Shown: one piece after another, positions 56,500 to 64,000 of the stretch
How the letters are laid out: every line of letters starts with the position of its first letter
Numbering within the stretch: position 1 is the stretch's first letter
The notes under the pieces: model-generated
Told to the model about the DNA's origin: nothing
The model's input: only the letters and a program-made list of their open reading frames with translations
Databases searched by the model: none
Translations under genes and position numbers: made by a program
Origin: an uncultured Anaerolineales bacterium
Lineage (GTDB): Bacteria; Chloroflexota; Anaerolineae; Anaerolineales; UBA11858
Direction of reading: 5' to 3'
NCBI GenBank assembly: GCA_964453155.1
Contig: CAYVQU010000001.1
Coordinates: forward strand, 14,770-78,769
Length of the DNA: 64,000 nt

Positions 56500-57592
56500 T
56501 GAACGATCTCATCTGTTCTTGGCAGCCACTACGCATCCTGGAATGAGTGGAAAAAATAACGAGGACAATTATGCTGTCTCAGCACATTGGGTGAATGAGA
56601 AGGATCGAATTCCATCGGTGCTGGCGATTGTAGCTGATGGCGTCGGTGGGCATCGGGCTGGCGAAGTTGCCTCTGAAATTGCCACTGAAACCATCAGCCA
56701 AATCGTAAGTCAGAGTGACGCGGCAAACCCCGAAGAAATCTTAAAATTTGCCATTGTTCAGGCTGGTCAGGCGGTTAATGAACAATCGGAAGCGAATGAA
56801 GGCCAACAAGGGATGGGATCCACTTGTGCTTGCGTGTGGGTAATTGGGGAGCAGCTATATACGGCTTCAGTAGGGGATTCGCGAATTTATCTTGTTCGCG
56901 AAGGAAAAATTCGCCAGATCACGATTGATCATACTTGGGTGCAAGAGGCCATTGAGCATGGCATCATAACCCCGGATCAGGCCCGAAATCACCCGCGCGC
57001 GCATGTTATTCGTCGCTATCTTGGTTCCAAAAAACCAACTGAGCCTGATTTTCGGTTGCGCATGACATCTGAAGAGACCGATGAAGAATCCTTAGCAAAT
57101 CAGGGAATGGAATTAATTCCTGGTGATCAAATCTTGCTGTGCAGTGACGGTCTCACCGATCTCGTTGATGATCAAGAGATACAAGATCTTCTTCAAACTA
57201 GAGATTTGCAAGATGCTCTCGACCACATGGTTCATATCGCTAATGGCCGCGGCGGGCACGATAACATCACAATTGTCAGTTTACAAGTTCCTGAAACCCA
57301 AGTGATGCCGGTCGTAAATGAGAAAACAAAATCAAAAAACGGGAAAAAAGTACGGTGGCAAACGCTGGTCGCTCTGGGATTATTGCTCATCATCCTGACG
57401 GGTCTTAGTGTGGTCGTTTTTCTTTACTCATCTAGTCCGGTTTCCGTCCCTACGCCAACAGCGAGTATGACGCCAACCCAAACAGAACTTCCCACAGAAA
57501 TCCCACCTTCTGAAACCAGCCTTCCAACAGCCACTTTGACATCCCCACCTCCGACGTTGACTCTGGAACCTAGTGACACACCATCTCCATAA
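56489..57592 (+). CDS. PP2C-family Ser/Thr phosphatase with C-terminal TM segment and PT-rich extracytoplasmic tail
   Basis: The ATG at 56489 (AGGAG upstream) overlaps the upstream stop by 11 nt. Motifs NEDNY, ADGVGGH, GDSR, CSDGLTD and GGHDNIT. TM LVALGLLLIILTGLSVVVFLY. Confidence 0.9.
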   Translation: MIPSERSHLFLAATTHPGMSGKNNEDNYAVSAHWVNEKDRIPSVLAIVADGVGGHRAGEVASEIATETISQIVSQSDAANPEEILKFAIVQAGQAVNEQSEANEGQQGMGSTCACVWVIGEQLYTASVGDSRIYLVREGKIRQITIDHTWVQEAIEHGIITPDQARNHPRAHVIRRYLGSKKPTEPDFRLRMTSEETDEESLANQGMELIPGDQILLCSDGLTDLVDDQEIQDLLQTRDLQDALDHMVHIANGRGGHDNITIVSLQVPETQVMPVVNEKTKSKNGKKVRWQTLVALGLLLIILTGLSVVVFLYSSSPVSVPTPTASMTPTQTELPTEIPPSETSLPTATLTSPPPTLTLEPSDTPSP

Positions 57593-57622
57593 AAAAAGCG
57601 GTGCTCAATTGCGCCGCTTTTT
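57591..57622. terminator. Bidirectional intrinsic terminator between convergent genes
   Basis: A7 - AGCGGTGC/GCGCCGCT stem (one G-U pair) - T5. Confidence 0.7.
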
Positions 57623-57667
57623 AGTGAAGATTCAAAAAATTCGTTATCTTGCGGGCTCTAGCAAGAA

Positions 57668-59917
57668 TTACGGTAGGGGGGTTAAATATATCTGATTACC
57701 TAAAGCGATAAAAATTTGGTGATTGGGACTAACTGAAAAGGCAGTAATTTCTCCTTCGGGGAGGTTACTTTGAGGGCGATATTGTTTTTGGTATGTTAAC
57801 CGCATACTGAAATGGTAAATCGATCGAGATTCTGGGTCTAACAGGAATATGGAGGCATCTGGCGGGGGAGCGAATTGAATTTCACGGAAACGGGTATCCT
57901 CAAAAATGGGCATCGTTTCCATAATTCCATCTTGCCGCCGTTTGTATTCAGCGGGATCAGTACACCGCGTCGGATAACCAAAGGTACAGGTGGTTAAATG
58001 ACCATCCTGATGGAGTAGGTAAAGCTCATCACGATTGACAGTAATATCGATCACATCACCCATCGGGGGAACATCCTCATCAAAGAAGAATGTCGGTAAT
58101 TCCGATAAACCATCTTGTTCCCAAAACACCCACACCGCATTCGTCATCGGATCCAGGATATACAAATTACCTGAATTGAGTACCAGCGCGGCAGGTGACC
58201 CCCAATTCATATCTGGGGGAGGCATTTGAAATGCCAGGGCTTCTGGGTTCCCAGGAATACATTGCAACAAATTCCCATTGGCATCGATCCCCATAACATC
58301 GGCATTATTGGGATCATCAATGGGGAGTGCCACAATATCCACCAGCGGCCCGACAATCCAAGGCTTTTGAACCGGCTGACAAACGAACTCGTCATCAAGA
58401 ACATACCCTCGATCGGTGCGGGTTGCATGCAAGACGTGACCATTCGTCTCATTGAGCAGGTAGAGTTCGTTATCCGCTTTGGCCGCAACGATGCGTTTTA
58501 TAACAACATCAGAAGGTAAATTCTCTAATAATACCGGCTGAAAATTTAGTCGTTGGACACCATCCAGCTGATCTAAAACTGCCAAAGCATAATTACGCAT
58601 GGCTTGAGAATCAGATGTAGTTTGGTAACTTTCCGCTTGATCTAAATAACCGATCACAGTTGTCCAACCCGCGCGCAAGTCAGCGGGGTCTTCTAATTGT
58701 AAGGCTTGTTCCGCGGCATAAGCGGCTTGTAAGTAATACTCTTCGAACATCCGCCCCTGGCCGCGTTTGAAATACACGGTGGCAGCAATCGAAACAACCA
58801 TTAGCGGCACTGCGAATGCCATAAACACCATCCATTTCGTAGGAATGGTGAACAGAGACTCATCTGGAAGTAACCGCTTTGTAAACTCCCGACCCGATTT
58901 GGTGGCATGTTGCCAGGTTTCGCCAAAAGTCTTAAATATCTGTAACACCGCGGGCCCAATGATCCGTTTTCGGGAAGGTTTTTTCTTTTTTATTTCAGGT
59001 TCGATATCGGGGGACGGCGCGGCACTTTCAGATGGAATAGGATCCTTCTTTAGTGTTTTTTTTTCTTCAAGCGGGGTGTTTACATCGCTTTCGTTTGTGG
59101 TTTTTGCAGGAGATGCTGCCTCGACGTTTTTGGGGGCCGGTGCTTTTTTCCGTTGCGGTTTACTTTTTACTGCTGCAGTTTTAGCAGGATTTGTTCGTGG
59201 GCGAGATGTAATTGGTTCCGGCCGTAACACTCGTAATTTCCCTTCCCCTTCGCCAGCAGCCACCTGGATTACGCCAGCTTTGATTTCAGCATCCCGCGCT
59301 TGAATCAGCCGCACATGCATTTTCATCAAAGACAAACCACTTAGCTCACTAAGAAAGTCTTCAGTCCATGAGATCGGAGGTTGAGCAGAAATTAGGATCG
59401 CATCTTGAGGGTTGATCGCAACTTGATGATATTGAATAGTGGTCGCACGACTCATTCCCAACCCACGCCCGGCAATATCGGGGTCGTGAAAGTGTTGCAA
59501 GCCACCTTTAGAGATCAAATATGTATGCGTTGAGCCACTTTGAGCTAAATACAAATGTTTGCCGCGCACAACTGCCAGGGTCGCCAGCCCCACCGACTGC
59601 ATCCCCCGGCTGGCCCCGCGCATATTTCGCTCTAAAAGGTATTCATTTAGCCATTCTATTACGGTTCGCATAGCGGCGGTTGATGAACCAGGGGTTTTGA
59701 AATAGGCTTGAGCCAGGTGCCCCACCAACTTTGAGTACCCCTTGGGAGATAATGGCGCGGTCCCATCCAAGGCCAAATGAATGACAAGCCGATCCAAAGC
59801 CCGTCCCCGCGAAGTTCGACGTGGGGGTTTAGCGGCAAATAAACCCGGAAGTTCGGGGTGGTCTTGGCCATCGACGCGGTTTAAGGGGAGTAAGATTAGA
59901 TCCAAGGAGGTGGTCAT
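57668..59917 (-). CDS. Large membrane protein: degenerate PP2C/SpoIIE-like N-domain + Lys/Pro-rich linker + TM + beta-propeller-like ectodomain
   Basis: 749 aa. ATLAVVRGKHLYLAQSGSTHTYL aligns with the PP2C block ...lyvAnvGDSRayl, but GDSR is replaced by SGST. TM WMVFMAFAVPLMVVSIAATVYF. The C-terminus has about six repeats of the type ELYLLNETNGHVLH / NLYILDPMTNAVWVF / ELYLLHQDGHLTTC / SIFLLDPESRSIYHF. Confidence 0.6.
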   Translation of the reverse strand: MTTSLDLILLPLNRVDGQDHPELPGLFAAKPPRRTSRGRALDRLVIHLALDGTAPLSPKGYSKLVGHLAQAYFKTPGSSTAAMRTVIEWLNEYLLERNMRGASRGMQSVGLATLAVVRGKHLYLAQSGSTHTYLISKGGLQHFHDPDIAGRGLGMSRATTIQYHQVAINPQDAILISAQPPISWTEDFLSELSGLSLMKMHVRLIQARDAEIKAGVIQVAAGEGEGKLRVLRPEPITSRPRTNPAKTAAVKSKPQRKKAPAPKNVEAASPAKTTNESDVNTPLEEKKTLKKDPIPSESAAPSPDIEPEIKKKKPSRKRIIGPAVLQIFKTFGETWQHATKSGREFTKRLLPDESLFTIPTKWMVFMAFAVPLMVVSIAATVYFKRGQGRMFEEYYLQAAYAAEQALQLEDPADLRAGWTTVIGYLDQAESYQTTSDSQAMRNYALAVLDQLDGVQRLNFQPVLLENLPSDVVIKRIVAAKADNELYLLNETNGHVLHATRTDRGYVLDDEFVCQPVQKPWIVGPLVDIVALPIDDPNNADVMGIDANGNLLQCIPGNPEALAFQMPPPDMNWGSPAALVLNSGNLYILDPMTNAVWVFWEQDGLSELPTFFFDEDVPPMGDVIDITVNRDELYLLHQDGHLTTCTFGYPTRCTDPAEYKRRQDGIMETMPIFEDTRFREIQFAPPPDASIFLLDPESRSIYHFSMRLTYQKQYRPQSNLPEGEITAFSVSPNHQIFIALGNQIYLTPLP

Positions 59918-60042
59918 AAAGGAGGTTTGTTAGAATTAATTTTGCAGATATTATCGAAATTACCGCAAAATATTGATGTCCAACCACATTTTACCAGTAT
60001 AATGGGCTTATCTGAACATAAATAGAACATTTGGGAGAAAAA

Positions 60043-61065
60043 ATGAATCTCAGCATTATTCGCACACTTTCTGAGTTCGAAAATATTTCTGGAAAATGGA
60101 ACCAATTACTAGAGCAAAGTGCAAGTCATGTGCCATTTTTGCAGCACGAATATCTCAGTACTTGGTGGCAAACCCTGGGTGGGGGCGAATGGGTCCAGGG
60201 TGAATTATTCATCGTTATTGCCCAAGATGAAACAGGCGATTTAATCGGCGCAGCCCCGTTCTTTACCACCCACAATTTAGATGGAAAACGCGCCATCATG
60301 CTCTTGGGTAGTATCGAAATATCTGACTATTTGGATTTGTTGGCACCACCAGATACCTTAACTCAATTTTTGAACGCGTTATTACCCTTCCTGGCTGGAC
60401 CCGAAGGGGGCGACTGGGAAATTCTAGATTTATACAACTTTTTAATCGACTCTCCCACCATCCCCATTTTGAAGGCTGCTGCCCAAACCCAAAGGTGGCA
60501 GTACACCCAAGAAATTATTCAACCTGCTCCATCGATAACCTTGCCTGACACCTGGGAAGACTACCTGCTGAGCATCAAGAAAAAACAACGCCACGAAATT
60601 CGTCGAAAAATCCGCCGGGCCGAGAATTATATTCTCCCGGTGCGCTGGTATATGGTTGAAGATGAAACGATGTTAGCAGCAGAAATTGAGGCCTTTTTGC
60701 AATTAATGGCCCACGATGCAGAAAAAGCCGCTTTTCTGACCGATGTGATGCGTACCCAAATGCAGGCTTCAGTTCAAACGGCATTTAGAGAAGGCTGGCT
60801 CCAATTGGCATTTCTTGAAGTTGGCGGCGAAAAAGCGGCCGCCTACCTCAACTTTGACTATGCGAATCGAATCTGGGTTTACAACTCGGGCATCGATCCC
60901 AAGTTCAGAGAATTATCACCGGGCTGGGTTTTGGCGGGGTATTTAATTCAATGGGCAATTGAAAATGGTCGAGAGCTCTTTGATTTTATGCGGGGAGATG
61001 AAATCTACAAATATCGCCTGGGGGGAGTCGATCGTCACGTCCTTCGGGTTCAAATTACCCGCTAA
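60043..61065 (+). CDS. GNAT-fold acyltransferase of the CelD/BcsL (FemAB-like, Acetyltransf_6) type
   Basis: The ATG at 60043 follows GGGAGAAAAA. C-terminal block AAYLNFDYANRIWVYNSGIDPKFRELSPGWVLAGYLIQWAIENGRELFDFMRGDEIYKYRLGG. Confidence 0.7.
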   Translation: MNLSIIRTLSEFENISGKWNQLLEQSASHVPFLQHEYLSTWWQTLGGGEWVQGELFIVIAQDETGDLIGAAPFFTTHNLDGKRAIMLLGSIEISDYLDLLAPPDTLTQFLNALLPFLAGPEGGDWEILDLYNFLIDSPTIPILKAAAQTQRWQYTQEIIQPAPSITLPDTWEDYLLSIKKKQRHEIRRKIRRAENYILPVRWYMVEDETMLAAEIEAFLQLMAHDAEKAAFLTDVMRTQMQASVQTAFREGWLQLAFLEVGGEKAAAYLNFDYANRIWVYNSGIDPKFRELSPGWVLAGYLIQWAIENGRELFDFMRGDEIYKYRLGGVDRHVLRVQITR

Positions 61066-61103
61066 AAAAGAGCCAACCCTTGAAAGGTCAGCTTTTCATT
61101 TAT

Positions 61104-61233
61104 AACCTGAGTTCGGGATAAGAAATCGGACGCAGATTTTCAGGATAAACGCAGATAAATCAAGAAAAATCTGTGTTTATCTGCGAAATCTGCGTCCAAA
61201 TTGGTTTTATACCTGTTATCCCGAATTCAGGTT
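61104..61233. repeat. ~130-nt compound imperfect palindrome (three nested helices, ~43 bp paired) with iteron-like CGCAGAT / ATCTGYG heptamers
   Basis: Outer helix 61104-21 pairs with 61216-33 (18 bp, one G-T). Middle helix 61128-39 pairs with 61186-97 (12 bp perfect). Inner helix 61144-56 pairs with 61169-81 (13 bp, one G-T), with a 12-nt loop. Confidence 0.7.
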
Positions 61234-62319
61234 TTATAGCATTTCAGATCGATATTTTATGCACGGGGTCCATGACCCCAGGGGACGCTTGCAACCGCGG
61301 CAGGTCGCTAAACCTTGTCGCTGGAGACAATAGCTATCCACCACGTATTCGAAAATCCGAGCATTCCGAATCGCAAACGCGATTTCTTCAGCGATCGAGA
61401 GCAATAAAAACAACTCATCTTCCGTAAAAGCTTCCCCATCGAATTTGTTGATCACTTCCAGCACACCAACCGATTCCTCACCGGCCGTCAAGGGTAAAGC
61501 AATCATATTGCGGGTTTGGAAACCAGTTTTGGAATCGATATTTCCAAAGAAACGGGGATCAGCCGCAACATCGTTGATCATTTCTGGAGCCTGGGTTTGA
61601 TACACAGAGCCAGCGATTCCTTTATCGGTTGGAAAGGTGACGGCATCCAACAAGGGTTTAGCCGGGCCTTCGACCTGATAGAATAAAAAGTTCGCTTTTT
61701 CATCATCCAGCAACAAGACCGACGCAGTTTCGGCAGATACTGCTTCCATACTGCAATACAAAACGGCCTCTAAAATATCGTGTAACCCTAACGGCTGCGA
61801 CAACATTGAACTTACAGTTAAGTACGTATTCAGATGAGCCAACTGACGTTCTGATTGCTGTCTCTCGATCAATCGATCAACCATTCCGCCAAAAAGGTGA
61901 AAAAAGCGCTTCCAAATTTGTTTACGAGCCGCCGTGAATTTCTGCTGCGAGGTCAACCCCACCATCCCAAAACAAGTTTGGGGACCTCGCAGGGGATACA
62001 GATGGATCGAATCGCCCCCATTCCATGCTGCTGTCGTCAAGATAGGGGTATCACTCTGATATTCAGATATACTAACAAATTGCTGTTTACAAAATTGCTC
62101 TAAATCCTGCTTTAGGTTGGCTGGAATTTTGAATGGATACACCTGGGCTGAAAGTAAACGGGGATCGTCTACATATAAAAATCCGGATTGCGATTGGGTG
62201 ATACCGGTCATCTCTGGAAAAGCCTGATCGGCTAACTCCGCCAAATGTTGAGCAAAAATGGCCTTTTCAGCCAGATTAATAAGTTGAACCGAATTTCCTG
62301 GTGTATTTTGATCGTCCAC
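61234..62319 (-). CDS. GAF-domain protein with C-terminal Cys cluster
   Basis: GAF core ETASVLLLDDEKANFLFYQVEGP...GIAGSVYQTQAPEMINDV...MIALPLTAGEESVGVLEVINK. The tail is CLQRQGLATCRGCKRPLGSWTPC. The GTG at 62319 is preceded by GGAGGG. The ORF track starts at TTG 62334. Confidence 0.75.
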   Translation of the reverse strand: MDDQNTPGNSVQLINLAEKAIFAQHLAELADQAFPEMTGITQSQSGFLYVDDPRLLSAQVYPFKIPANLKQDLEQFCKQQFVSISEYQSDTPILTTAAWNGGDSIHLYPLRGPQTCFGMVGLTSQQKFTAARKQIWKRFFHLFGGMVDRLIERQQSERQLAHLNTYLTVSSMLSQPLGLHDILEAVLYCSMEAVSAETASVLLLDDEKANFLFYQVEGPAKPLLDAVTFPTDKGIAGSVYQTQAPEMINDVAADPRFFGNIDSKTGFQTRNMIALPLTAGEESVGVLEVINKFDGEAFTEDELFLLLSIAEEIAFAIRNARIFEYVVDSYCLQRQGLATCRGCKRPLGSWTPCIKYRSEML

Positions 62320-62438
62320 GGCAGTACCCTCCAAAAGAATATTTCTTCAAATTCAATGAAACGCCAACGTTATTTCTTATAGCATAGCAAAAAAATAACA
62401 CCCGAACAAGATGAGTGATCTCTCCGAGAAAACCTGTT

Positions 62439-62750
62439 TTATTTTTCAACTTGGTTAGGAAACAATAAATCAAACTGATGACCTTCACCTTTCTGAGCGC
62501 CCAACTCCTGGCCCAGGTAGGCGTCCTTAAATTTTAAAAAATGGGGCGTCTTCAAATGAAATTCTCGAGCAGCTTGATCCTGGTAAATCTCTAATAAGCT
62601 GAAGTGAGTAGGATCTTCTTTATCCTGATAAACATCAAACCGTAAAATACCGGGCTCTTTTAAAGTCTCTTCGGCGTTTTCCAGAATAGCAGCCCGATAC
62701 GCCTCAACACAGTCTGGTTTAATAAAGTGGTGGAACTGAAAAATTAGCAT
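62439..62750 (-). CDS. Antibiotic-biosynthesis-monooxygenase (ABM, ferredoxin-like fold) family protein
   Basis: 103 aa. EPGILRFDVYQDKEDPTHFSLLEIYQDQAAREFHLKTPHF is the ABM/YgiN-type pattern. Confidence 0.75.
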   Translation of the reverse strand: MLIFQFHHFIKPDCVEAYRAAILENAEETLKEPGILRFDVYQDKEDPTHFSLLEIYQDQAAREFHLKTPHFLKFKDAYLGQELGAQKGEGHQFDLLFPNQVEK

Positions 62751-62786
62751 GCCAGTCTCCTTTCAATATCCATTATAATTCGTTTT

Positions 62787-63392
62787 ATGTTAACAATTGC
62801 GATCCAAGCTGGAGGACAATCCAGTCGGATGGGGCAAGATAAAGCCCTCCTCCCTTTTCAAGGCCAACCCTTAATTCAACGCGTCATCGACCGAGTTTCA
62901 CAATTATCGGCTGACATTCTGATCACAACCAATCAGCCTGAAGGTTATCGATTTTTAGGTTTTCCCCTCCAACCAGATGTAATGCCTGGTACTGGCGCGC
63001 TAGGAGGGCTTTTCACAGCCCTATCAGCGGCCGCCAATCCCTTTGTTGCGGTTGTTGCCTGCGATATGCCGTTCGCAAACGCCCAGATATTAGCTGCTAG
63101 CCTAGAAATTATTACTTCATCTGATTTTGATGCGGTCATTCCTCGTACAGATTTTGGGCTAGAACCCATCCACGCAGTTTATCGGCGGGAGACATGTTTG
63201 CCTGCCATTGAAAAGGCATTACAACTTAATCGCCGCCGGGTCATCGCCTGGCACCAAGATGCAAATATTCGGATTTTGGCCCCGAATGAGTACCACCACT
63301 TGGATCCCCTCTGTATTTCATTTTGGAACGTAAACTCTCCCGAAGAATTCCAACGAGCAGAACAAAAAGCGATGGAACTGGAAGCCACCTAA
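62787..63392 (+). CDS. mobA: Molybdenum cofactor guanylyltransferase
   Basis: 201 aa. LTIAIQAGGQSSRMGQDKALLPFQGQPLI N-terminal nucleotide-binding signature. Confidence 0.85.
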   Translation: MLTIAIQAGGQSSRMGQDKALLPFQGQPLIQRVIDRVSQLSADILITTNQPEGYRFLGFPLQPDVMPGTGALGGLFTALSAAANPFVAVVACDMPFANAQILAASLEIITSSDFDAVIPRTDFGLEPIHAVYRRETCLPAIEKALQLNRRRVIAWHQDANIRILAPNEYHHLDPLCISFWNVNSPEEFQRAEQKAMELEAT

Positions 63393-63682
63393 ATTTTTAC
63401 GAGAAACCTTGCCAAAGTTTAATCAAAAAGGTGCCTAAAGCCTGGAATAAAACCAAGACCGTCAACTCGTTCCAGCGAGTATCCCGATCTGAAAATCGTC
63501 GTTCGAGGTCTAGACCAGCTAAAACTGCAAAAAACGGGGGCACAAATAACCACAATCGGACCGTCTCACTGGCGGTTTTGGAAAAAAAGCCAGAAAGATC
63601 ATAAAAAGAAAGATAATAATATCGATTTTTTTGGGATAAAATTTTGCTGAATAATCCACCTTTCCGATCTTAAGGAGCCCCA

Positions 63683-64000
63683 ATGACCTTCGACATCTCC
63701 CAAATTCGATCTCAATTTCAAGCTCTCAAAAGGGATGCAATTTTCTTTGACAACCCCGCAGGTACGCAAGTTGCTCAACAAGTTATAGACCGTATGAACC
63801 AATACATGATCAATATGAACGCCAACGTTCATGGCGTTTTTGCTACCAGCCAGGAATCGGATCGCATAATCGATGAAACGCGGTCTGCAGCCGCCGATTT
63901 TCTGGGCGCGACTCGACCGGAGGAAATTGTTTTCGGCCCCAACATGACCTCATTGACGTTCAATTTGAGTCGCTCTCTCGCTTTGTGGTTGAACCCTGGG
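63683..64000 (+). CDS. Class V aminotransferase / cysteine desulfurase-like protein (partial, continues beyond the right edge)
   Basis: Absent from the ORF track because it has no stop in the window. ATG 63683 follows AAGGAG. MTFDISQIRSQFQALKRDAIFFDNPAGTQVAQQVIDRMNQYM...IVFGPNMTSLTFNLSRSL is typical of the family N-terminus. Confidence 0.7.
   Translation, partial: MTFDISQIRSQFQALKRDAIFFDNPAGTQVAQQVIDRMNQYMINMNANVHGVFATSQESDRIIDETRSAAADFLGATRPEEIVFGPNMTSLTFNLSRSLALWLNPG

Noticed and set aside
61104-61233. The TTATCCCGA / TTATCCTGA strings in the palindrome, read as DnaA boxes or an origin
   Set aside because: They deviate from TTATCCACA at the critical positions. There is no AT-rich unwinding element and no dnaA/dnaN context, and the location is between two 3' ends. 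An origin interpretation is not supported.
63599-63832. 77-aa - strand ORF
   Set aside because: It is antisense to the 5' end of the class V aminotransferase gene, which has a strong AAGGAG SD and a family-typical N-terminus.
1-64000. Search for CRISPR arrays, transposases/integrases, toxin-antitoxin pairs, restriction-modification or other recognisable defence genes
   Set aside because: No regularly spaced direct repeats, no IS-like ORFs or terminal inverted repeats around genes, and no recognisable defence-family motifs were seen in any translated ORF.

Overview
Gene-dense chromosomal window with about 55 protein genes, 2 tRNAs, moderate GC, and most genes on the - strand. I found no rRNA, CRISPR array, transposase, integrase or prophage signature. 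All domain calls come from reading motifs in the supplied translations; no database search was run. Gene content, the many lipoprotein solute-binding proteins and the frequent Pro/Thr-rich linkers suggest a Chloroflexota-like (Anaerolineae-type) organism, which is inference only. Housekeeping genes include two ABC exporter half-pairs flanking an RsmF-like rRNA methyltransferase, two DegV paralogs split by a tRNA-Arg, murJ, an S8 protease, a BMP-family nucleoside/sugar ABC operon, cdd, a CNNM/CorC protein, tRNA-Gln plus glmU, rsgA, a PBP2-type transpeptidase, maf, xpt, guaA and mobA. The accessory-looking core is a 20-kb - strand block (25.5-45.7 kb) headed by an ECF sigma factor. It holds three oversized family-5 SBPs and a complete Opp/Dpp-type transporter (OppBCDF). 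A second transcription unit encodes a TPR-OppB-OppC triple-fusion permease with no ATPase of its own. That permease is followed by a DUF58-transglutaminase (TgpA-like) fusion protein translationally coupled to a MoxR AAA+ ATPase, and then by another SBP. This MoxR/DUF58-TGase module nested in a peptide-transporter unit is my best candidate for an undescribed system. A second candidate is a kinase-less Ser/Thr signalling cluster (54.6-59.9 kb). It comprises an extracytoplasmic vWA-like / intracellular FHA membrane protein, a membrane PP2C phosphatase, and a convergent 749-aa protein with a degenerate PP2C-like head and a beta-propeller-like ectodomain. Non-coding oddities include a ~130-nt three-helix palindrome with iteron-like heptamers between two convergent genes. 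Others are paired GTGACnGTCAC palindromes upstream of murJ, phased TTACAAA repeats upstream of oppB, and an 864-codon stop-free antisense frame across one SBP gene caused by extreme codon bias.
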